A stretch of 64,000 nt of DNA from a bacterium (GTDB lineage Bacteria; Bacteroidota; Ignavibacteria; Tepidaquicellales; Tepidaquicellaceae): positions 892 through 64,891 of the forward strand of contig JAWXBH010000106.1 in the NCBI GenBank assembly GCA_034439935.1, written 5' to 3'. The translations under genes and the position numbers were made by a program. The notes under the pieces are model-generated. The model searched no databases, was not told where the DNA came from, and worked only from the letters and a program-made list of their open reading frames with translations. Positions 57,899 through 64,000 of the stretch are shown in pieces. How positions within the stretch are numbered: the first letter of the stretch is position 1; each line of letters begins with the position of its first letter.

Positions 57899-58544
57899 AT
57901 GGTCTGAAAAGAAAGATCTGAAAATCATTGCTCAATGTCACAGGTCTGCCTTTCCCAAATCATTGAGCTCAAAAATGGGAATTTCCTATCTTAAAAAGAT
58001 GATCGAATGGTATATCTCTGATAGCAAAAAATTTTTATTTCATGTTGAAGAAAACGGTATATGCATTGGTTATTGCGGAGGAATGATAATTGACGGTACT
58101 CAGCCAATGGGCTCGGCGAGCGGAATGCTTCAGTATAGTTTTAATGAAGCTGTGATGGCATTTGCATTAAGACCATGGCTGATCTTTCATCCGGAATTCA
58201 AAGAGAAGTATTCCCTTGTAAAGAAAAATATTAAAACTAAGCTCGGCAAAAAAAAAATTACCGCAAAAAAAGATGATAAGAAAAACGACATTGCGAAGAA
58301 GGATAAATTTGAAACTGAAAGCGGATTAGTCGTGATTGGTGTCGCAAACGAATATCTTGGAAAGGGTTATGGTACAACGCTGCTGAAAGAATTTGAAAAA
58401 AAGACAAAGGAAATGAAGATTAAAAAAATGGGACTAGCGGTAAAGAGTGATAATCACCGAGCAATAAAATCTTATGAAAGAAACGGATGGAAAGTTGATA
58501 AAGAGAATATGGGGTATTTTGAAATGGTAAAATATCCGGACTGA
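57885..58544 (+). CDS. GNAT-family acetyltransferase with Lys-rich insert
   Basis: VVIGVANEYLGKGYGTTLLKEFE (motif A), SYERNGWK. The ATG at 57885 is preferred over the ORF-track start at 57840. Confidence 0.6.
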   Translation: MYEIKWSEKKDLKIIAQCHRSAFPKSLSSKMGISYLKKMIEWYISDSKKFLFHVEENGICIGYCGGMIIDGTQPMGSASGMLQYSFNEAVMAFALRPWLIFHPEFKEKYSLVKKNIKTKLGKKKITAKKDDKKNDIAKKDKFETESGLVVIGVANEYLGKGYGTTLLKEFEKKTKEMKIKKMGLAVKSDNHRAIKSYERNGWKVDKENMGYFEMVKYPD

Positions 58545-59374
58545 TGCTGAAGACAGTATTTATCGGGTCAAAAAATGATTTCGACAAGATGATAGTCGAC
58601 TGGCTGTCGGATAACAGCGAGCTCACCGGAGTTGTATGGACTTATTCGGCTGCATGGAGAAAGACCTGGAAAGGAAGATTTGAGTATGGAAGGAAGAGGG
58701 CGAAGAAATACGGATTAATGAAAGTGATCAATGAACTTCTGCTCTTCTTTTATGTGAAAAATAAGATCGCCGTTGAAGAACTCGGTCATCTGAAAAAGGA
58801 AGTCATAAGACCTTACTGGGAAAATAACGGGAAGGATTTTGATTCACTTAAGTTCAGGGAAATCAGTTGTAATAATGTGAACAAGCCTGAGGTTCTTGAA
58901 TTTCTGAATGAATGCAAGCCGGATATTATTTTTGCAATGTGCGTTAATGATTTTTTCGGAAAGAAGATCAGAGACATTCCGACTTATGGTGTATACCTCT
59001 GGCATGAGGGTCTCACTCCTGAGTATAAGGGTCTCTACTCTCCGTTCTGGACTTTATATAACGAAGAATATGGCAAACTTGCTTATACTTTCATGAAGAT
59101 GAATGACAATGTTGACGGCGGGGAAATTTACGCACAGGGTCCGGTAAAAGATATTGACCTTACGAAACACAGCTATTCTTTTATCGGACATAAAGCTATC
59201 TACGATAGTCTTCCGGATGTAAAAGTTTTTCTGGAAAAATTACAGAACAGCACAGTTGCTCCGATGCCTGAAAGAAAAGGAAAAGCGGGTAACTATACTT
59301 ACCCCGGTCTGACGCAGTATTTTACAATGAGAAGAAGACTTAAGAAATATCTTTCAAAAAATAAAAAAAATTAA
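58544..59374 (+). CDS. Formyltransferase-fold protein with divergent motif
   Basis: YLWHEGLTPEYKGLYSPFW...VDGGEIY aligns with NxHxSLLPxxRG...D. His and Asp are kept; Asn, SLLP and RG are altered. Confidence 0.4.
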   Translation: MLKTVFIGSKNDFDKMIVDWLSDNSELTGVVWTYSAAWRKTWKGRFEYGRKRAKKYGLMKVINELLLFFYVKNKIAVEELGHLKKEVIRPYWENNGKDFDSLKFREISCNNVNKPEVLEFLNECKPDIIFAMCVNDFFGKKIRDIPTYGVYLWHEGLTPEYKGLYSPFWTLYNEEYGKLAYTFMKMNDNVDGGEIYAQGPVKDIDLTKHSYSFIGHKAIYDSLPDVKVFLEKLQNSTVAPMPERKGKAGNYTYPGLTQYFTMRRRLKKYLSKNKKN

Positions 59375-60334
59375 TTGAAGTATTTAGTTACTGGCGCAGC
59401 AGGATTTGTCGGTTATCATCTGAGTAAAAGACTTTGTAAAGATGGCTTTGATGTTACAGGAATGGATAACATAAATTCTTACTATGATGTAAGTCTGAAG
59501 GAAGCAAGACTTGTTGAGCTCACGAAGCATAAGAACTTTTCGTTTTCCAAAACTGACATGTTCGACAAGGAAGCTCTTGTAAATATTTTTGATAAGGAAA
59601 GATTTACCGACGTGATAAATCTCGCCGCGCAACCCGGTGTAAGATATTCGATCACCAATCCCGATGAAAGCATCAGGAATAACATAAACGCTTTCTTTAA
59701 CCTCCTTGAATGCTGTAAAGAATTCCCGGTAAAATTAATTTACGCTTCCTCAAGTTCAGTATACGGCAACAGTTCAAAGCTGCCACTTTCAGTGAATGAC
59801 GATGTCGATCATCCGATCTCACTTTACGCTGCTACAAAAAAGTCGAACGAGCTGATGGCTTACACTTATAATCACCTGTACGGATTTCCTGCAACGGGCT
59901 TACGTTTCTTTACCGTGTATGGACCTTACGGCAGACCTGATATGGCTTATTATAAATTTGCATTGAAGATCATGAAAGGCGAGCCGATCGATATTTATAA
60001 CAACGGAGACATGGAAAGAGATTTTACTTATGTCGATGATGTCATTGAATCCATTTACCGTTTACTTAGAGTGGATTTTAAAAAAGAGTATAATTTATTT
60101 AATATCGGTGGTGAGCATCCTGTCAAGTTATTATATTTTGTTGAGACGCTTGAAAAACTGCTTGGAAAAAAAGCGGATAAGGTCTTTAAGGAGATGCAGC
60201 CAGGTGATGTAAAAGTTACCTGCGCAGATTCCTCAGAGCTTGCAAAGCTTATTGATTACAAGCCTGAGACAAGGATCGAGCAGGGTCTTGAGAAATTTGT
60301 TCAGTGGTTTAAAGAATACTATAAATTAAATTAA
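59375..60334 (+). CDS. NAD-dependent epimerase, UDP-glucuronate 4-epimerase-like
   Basis: VTGAAGFVGYHL starting at residue 5 after a TTG start, SSSSVYG, YAATKKSNE (YxxxK), FTVYGPYGRPDMA. Confidence 0.75.
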   Translation: MKYLVTGAAGFVGYHLSKRLCKDGFDVTGMDNINSYYDVSLKEARLVELTKHKNFSFSKTDMFDKEALVNIFDKERFTDVINLAAQPGVRYSITNPDESIRNNINAFFNLLECCKEFPVKLIYASSSSVYGNSSKLPLSVNDDVDHPISLYAATKKSNELMAYTYNHLYGFPATGLRFFTVYGPYGRPDMAYYKFALKIMKGEPIDIYNNGDMERDFTYVDDVIESIYRLLRVDFKKEYNLFNIGGEHPVKLLYFVETLEKLLGKKADKVFKEMQPGDVKVTCADSSELAKLIDYKPETRIEQGLEKFVQWFKEYYKLN

Positions 60335-60335
60335 T

Positions 60336-62123
60336 ATGTGCGGTATCGCCGGAAAGACGGACTGGTTTAATTCACAAGATGATTCGGGCAATGTAGTTAA
60401 GGCGATGTGTGATAAGCTGATACACAGAGGTCCTGACAATGAAGGTTTAAAAAAAATCGGGGAAGTTACCTTTGGTCACAGAAGACTAGCGATAATTGAT
60501 CTGTCTGAAAACGGTAATCAACCTATGTCAACGCCAGACGGCAGATTCCATATTGTTTTTAACGGAGAGGTATATAATTTTAAAGATATAAAGAAGAAGC
60601 TGGAACAGTTTAATATTAATTACAAAAGTAATTCCGATACTGAAGTGATCTTATATGCTTATGAATATTTCGGTATAAGCTGCTTTGAAATGTTTAACGG
60701 AATGTTCGCTCTGGCAATTTGGGATTCAGTTAAAAAAGAGCTGATCATCGCTAGGGACAGATTTGGAAAGAAGCCTTTATACTATTACATTGATAAAAAT
60801 AAAAATATATCATTTGCCTCAGAGCTTACGGCATTGATCACAGACAAGAGCATTCCGAGAAAAATTTCATACGAAGCTGTCAACTGTTACCTTGCATTGG
60901 GTTATGTCCTTTCACCCATGACAATGTATGAAGACATTCATAAGCTTGAGCCGGCAACTTACATAAAATTTTCTGACAGAGGCAACAAGCTTGAGAAGAA
61001 AAGATATTTCGATTATTCAGACTCATTCAGAATTAAAACAAAGGAGAATGAGGATGAAATTGAAAAAAAAATTCTTTATCTGCTGGAAGAGTCTGTAAAA
61101 CTCAGGATGGTAGCCGATGTACCTGTTGGTGCTTTTCTGAGCGGAGGTATTGATTCAAGCTCCATAGTTGCGCTGATGAAAAAATTTCATACGGGAGATC
61201 TTCATACTTTCAGTGTCGGCTTCAATCAGAAGAGCTATAACGAACTTCCTGATGCCGACAGGTTTGCGGAATATATTGGTAGCAAGCATCACGGGCTTAT
61301 ATGTGAAGTCAATGACGGGCTGGATTTTATGAATAAAGCGATTGAAGCTTATGATGAACCGTTTGCAGATAATTCGCTGATCCCCATGATCGAAGTATCC
61401 AAGCTCGCATCGCAATTTGTGACGGTGGTGCTGAGTGGAGACGGAGCCGATGAGATATTCGCGGGATACATTACTTACAAAGCTGACAAGTATTACAATT
61501 ATGCCAAACCAATTCCAAGAATTTTGAAAAAATTTATCATCGGCTTGAATGAATCCGGAAAAAATAGTAAGAAGCTTAACTGGCAGTATAAGCAGAAACA
61601 ATTTTTGAACGGCACTCTTCATTCTCCCGAGAAGGCGCATTATTTATGGAGACAATTTTTTTCGCCTGAAGAGAGAGTCAAACTGCTTGGCGATAAAATG
61701 AAAGATCTGATCTTTGACACTGACCCGTATCACATATTTAAAAAATATTATGACAAAAGCACTGATCTCGAACCACTTGACAGAAACCTTTATGTTGACG
61801 GTATGACATGGCTTCCTGATGATATACTTGTGAAGGTTGACCGCGCCTCAATGTACAGCAGCATTGAATCGCGCAGCCCTTACCTTGATCCTGAGCTTGT
61901 CAATTATGCAGCTTCAATTCCTTCTGATCTTAAAATGAAGGGTTTCAAAACAAAATACATTTTGAAAAAGTCTTTGAAAAAAATACTTCCCGATTTTGTA
62001 CTGAACAAAAAGAAGAGCGGTTTCAATGCGCCGGTCGGCTCATGGATCGGACTTAACGGCAATGATGAATTTAAATCATTTAACAAATATGTTTATGACA
62101 GAAAGCTTGCAGACTCAGTCTAA
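60336..62123 (+). CDS. asnB: Asparagine synthase (glutamine-hydrolysing) family amidotransferase
   Basis: MCGIAG, HRGPD, SDTEV, PP-loop FLSGGIDSS. Confidence 0.85.
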   Translation: MCGIAGKTDWFNSQDDSGNVVKAMCDKLIHRGPDNEGLKKIGEVTFGHRRLAIIDLSENGNQPMSTPDGRFHIVFNGEVYNFKDIKKKLEQFNINYKSNSDTEVILYAYEYFGISCFEMFNGMFALAIWDSVKKELIIARDRFGKKPLYYYIDKNKNISFASELTALITDKSIPRKISYEAVNCYLALGYVLSPMTMYEDIHKLEPATYIKFSDRGNKLEKKRYFDYSDSFRIKTKENEDEIEKKILYLLEESVKLRMVADVPVGAFLSGGIDSSSIVALMKKFHTGDLHTFSVGFNQKSYNELPDADRFAEYIGSKHHGLICEVNDGLDFMNKAIEAYDEPFADNSLIPMIEVSKLASQFVTVVLSGDGADEIFAGYITYKADKYYNYAKPIPRILKKFIIGLNESGKNSKKLNWQYKQKQFLNGTLHSPEKAHYLWRQFFSPEERVKLLGDKMKDLIFDTDPYHIFKKYYDKSTDLEPLDRNLYVDGMTWLPDDILVKVDRASMYSSIESRSPYLDPELVNYAASIPSDLKMKGFKTKYILKKSLKKILPDFVLNKKKSGFNAPVGSWIGLNGNDEFKSFNKYVYDRKLADSV

Positions 62124-62883
62124 GCAGTCCGAATGGAGTGAGCAATGGACAATGCTTCAGGACAACGAGCTTTTTCTTTTTAAGGACTGGATACTTCCCA
62201 ACACACTTGAGGATTTTCGTGATAAGGACATTCTTGAATGCGGATGCGGAGGCGGGCAGCATACATCTTTTGTTGCTCCGTATGCAAGATCAGTTACCGC
62301 AGTCGATCTTAATACAACTGAAATCGCAAAACAGAAGAATCATGAATTCAAGAACATAGATTTTGTTGAAGCTGATATTGCAAAAATGGATCTTCAGAAA
62401 AAATTCGACATAGTTTTTTCGATCGGTGTGATCCATCATACTGATGATCCTGATGCGACGGTTGAGAATTTAAAAAAGCATGTCAAGCCGGGTGGCAAGC
62501 TGATAGTGTGGGTTTACTCTGAGGAAGGAAATGGTCTTGTGAAGCATGGTGTTGAACCAATGCGAAAATTATTTTTGAAGAACATGTCGCGCAAAAATTT
62601 ACTGGGACTTTCTAAGATCACTACAGCTCTGGTTTCTGTACCGGTCTACACTGTATATTTTCTGCCGCTGAAATTCCTTCCGTTCTATGAATATTTTCAG
62701 AACTTCCGTAAGATGACATTTTACAGAAACACTTTAAATGTTTTTGATAAGCTCAATGCTCCCCAGGTTGACTTCATCAGCAGGGAAAGGATCGGCAGAT
62801 GGTTTAGCAAAGATGAATTTTCGGTCGTGAGTATTCTTCCTTATAAAGGTGTTAGCTGGAGCGGAAGCGGTGTGAAAAGATAG
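62095..62883 (+). CDS. Class I SAM-dependent methyltransferase
   Basis: Motif I ILECGCGGGQH, VDLN, FDIVFSIGVIHH, GGKLIVWV. Start at ATG 62089 or 62095 rather than 62026. Confidence 0.7.
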   Translation: MTESLQTQSKQSEWSEQWTMLQDNELFLFKDWILPNTLEDFRDKDILECGCGGGQHTSFVAPYARSVTAVDLNTTEIAKQKNHEFKNIDFVEADIAKMDLQKKFDIVFSIGVIHHTDDPDATVENLKKHVKPGGKLIVWVYSEEGNGLVKHGVEPMRKLFLKNMSRKNLLGLSKITTALVSVPVYTVYFLPLKFLPFYEYFQNFRKMTFYRNTLNVFDKLNAPQVDFISRERIGRWFSKDEFSVVSILPYKGVSWSGSGVKR

Positions 62884-62894
62884 TTAATTTTTAA

Positions 62895-63575
62895 TTGTTC
62901 ATAAAAAATGCTGTGAGTTTTTTATTTAAATATAACGAGAAGCTGAAGTTTGATACCGGCAATGAAAATTATTATGAATTAATTAAAGACGGGGTTTTAC
63001 ATTTTCCAAAGGTCATAACTTTTCTGGCTGCGCCGCTTTTGAAAATAATTTTAATGCTGAATAGTGTCAGATACGGCAAGAATGTAACGGTGTACGGATG
63101 TCCGAGAATTGAGAATAAGGGACAAATGGTTTTGGGGAGTAATATACGTTTGATATCGGCGAAGTGCGGATACAATTCCGGAAATCTTGCCGGCGGAGTT
63201 TTTTTAAGGACAGGTACATCGGGAAAAATTTCCATCGGTGATGAAGTATATCTTAACGGGACATCGATCATCAGCGAATTGGAAATTAATTTAGGCAACA
63301 GAATAATGATCGGTGCCAACACTGTGATTATGGATACCAACACTCATAACGTTTTTTATAAAGACCGGCTCAGACGCTGGGACAAAATTGTCAGACAGCC
63401 GGTGAAGATAGAAGATGATGTCTGGATCGGCGCAAACTGCTTCATATTAAAAGGTGTGACCGTAGGCAAAGGTTCAGTGATCGGAGCGGGAAGTGTGGTG
63501 AACAAGAATGTAGAGCCGTTCAGTATTTACGCGGGCAACCCGGCGGTATTTGTGAAAAAAATAGAAACGGAATAA
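62895..63575 (+). CDS. Hexapeptide-repeat (LbH) acetyltransferase
   Basis: Repeats IGANTVIMDTNTH...VKIEDDVWIGANCFILKGVTVGKGSVIGAGSVV, ending ..PFSIYAGNPA. TTG start. Confidence 0.75.
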   Translation: MFIKNAVSFLFKYNEKLKFDTGNENYYELIKDGVLHFPKVITFLAAPLLKIILMLNSVRYGKNVTVYGCPRIENKGQMVLGSNIRLISAKCGYNSGNLAGGVFLRTGTSGKISIGDEVYLNGTSIISELEINLGNRIMIGANTVIMDTNTHNVFYKDRLRRWDKIVRQPVKIEDDVWIGANCFILKGVTVGKGSVIGAGSVVNKNVEPFSIYAGNPAVFVKKIETE

Positions 63576-63579
63576 ATTA

Positions 63580-64000
63580 TGTCAGAGCTGTTCGTATCTG
63601 CTGAGCAAATGCAGGGAGCCACCAATTATAATCAATGGACATTTGATCAGTTCAAGGAATTTATCAAGGGTGATGTCCTTGAAGTAGGTTGCGGTGTCGG
63701 CTCATTTACAAAGCTCATTACCGAACAAAGCAACTTTGATACACTTTACTGCATCGATATTTCAAAGCCCGCCATTGATCTGATAAAGAAAAAGAATTTC
63801 AAAGGAAATATTAAAATTGAATGTATTGATCTGATCGATGCTAAAGGCAACTATGATTTTATAGTCTGCATGAATGTGATGGAGCATGTTGAGGATGACA
63901 AGACATTCTTTAACAAACTTCTTGAGCTGCTCAAGCCGGGTGGAGTCCTGTTTCACCTTGTACCATCGCACAAATTTCTTTATTCCAATTTTGATATTGC
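63580..64000 (+). CDS. Class I SAM-dependent methyltransferase, N-terminal part (runs off window)
   Basis: ATG at 63580; MSELFVSAEQ...VLEVGCGVGSFT...FIVCMNVMEHVEDD...LKPGGVL. No stop before nt 64000, so it is absent from the ORF track. Confidence 0.7.

Noticed and set aside
58258-58267. A10 homopolymer inside the GNAT gene, and other A8-A9 runs in coding regions (for example near 17255, 21785, 24945, 51475, 56570), as phase-variation switches
   Set aside because: The runs encode Lys-rich stretches expected from AT-biased codon usage. All the reading frames involved are intact. The two frameshifts actually observed (33100-33110, 33480-33490) are not at long tracts. Population sequence data would be needed to support slippage.
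30242-62359. Short + strand ORFs nested out of frame inside larger genes (30242-30442, 42223-42408, 42992-43174, 48275-48463, 57208-57390, 58908-59096, 60030-60212, 62138-62359)
   Set aside because: They are fully contained in well-supported CDSs in another frame, are only 60-73 aa long, and have no motifs. They are most simply chance ORFs.
174-63971. All minus-strand ORFs in the track (for example 10323-10769, 30498-30881, 40522-40893, 57119-57514, 61155-61640)
   Set aside because: Each lies entirely antisense to a + strand gene with clear family motifs. Their products are low-complexity (Ser/Leu/Phe/Ile-rich), as expected for shadow frames of AT-rich Lys/Glu-rich genes. None shows a recognisable motif or its own intergenic space.
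1-64000. Search by eye for CRISPR repeats, tRNA/rRNA genes, IS elements, integrases, toxin-antitoxin or defence-system genes
   Set aside because: No direct-repeat/spacer periodicity, no cloverleaf-like GC-rich segments and no transposase, recombinase or nuclease-type ORFs were seen. Every sizeable ORF is explained by glycan biosynthesis.

Overview
AT-rich 64-kb window in which every credible gene (about 60) lies on the + strand, tightly packed with many 1-8 nt stop/start overlaps (ATGA, GTGA, TTGA). I saw no tRNA/rRNA, CRISPR array, transposase, integrase or phage gene. The whole window reads as one very large surface-glycan (O-antigen/capsule/EPS-type) biosynthesis and tailoring locus. It holds at least 14 clear glycosyltransferases (5 GT2, 9 GT4), plus GT56-like, CgeB-like, GT-C and HP-motif GT-B candidates. 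It also holds four DegT-type sugar aminotransferases (one clearly WecE-like), two formyltransferase-like proteins and several GNAT, hexapeptide and AAC(3)-like acyltransferases. Other tailoring genes are SAM methyltransferases, a sulfotransferase, CE4 deacetylases, a UDP-glucuronate 4-epimerase-like SDR and three asparagine-synthetase homologues. A WbpG/PseA-type amidotransferase is coupled to an amidase, and an 892-aa tandem CapK/PaaK-like adenylating enzyme, a Wzy/WaaL-family membrane protein and a Wzt-type ABC ATPase are present. The most distinctive sub-systems are: (i) a phosphonate cassette (cytidylyltransferase-PEP mutase fusion, phosphonopyruvate decarboxylase, Fe-alcohol dehydrogenase, TagF-like transferase) that predicts a 2-hydroxyethylphosphonate decoration; (ii) an Arn/Gtr-like lipid-carrier amino-sugar modification module; (iii) the tandem adenylating enzyme within an unusual density of amide-forming enzymes. 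Export and initiation functions (Wzm, Wzx, initiating phosphoglycosyltransferase, Wza/Wzc/Wzz) are absent from the window. One methyltransferase is visibly decayed (nonsense codon plus two frameshifts). About 22 of roughly 58 complete genes start with TTG or GTG, and Shine-Dalgarno motifs are mostly absent, which fits a Bacteroidota/FCB-like organism; taxonomy cannot be fixed from sequence alone. All family calls come from motif recognition by eye, with no database search.
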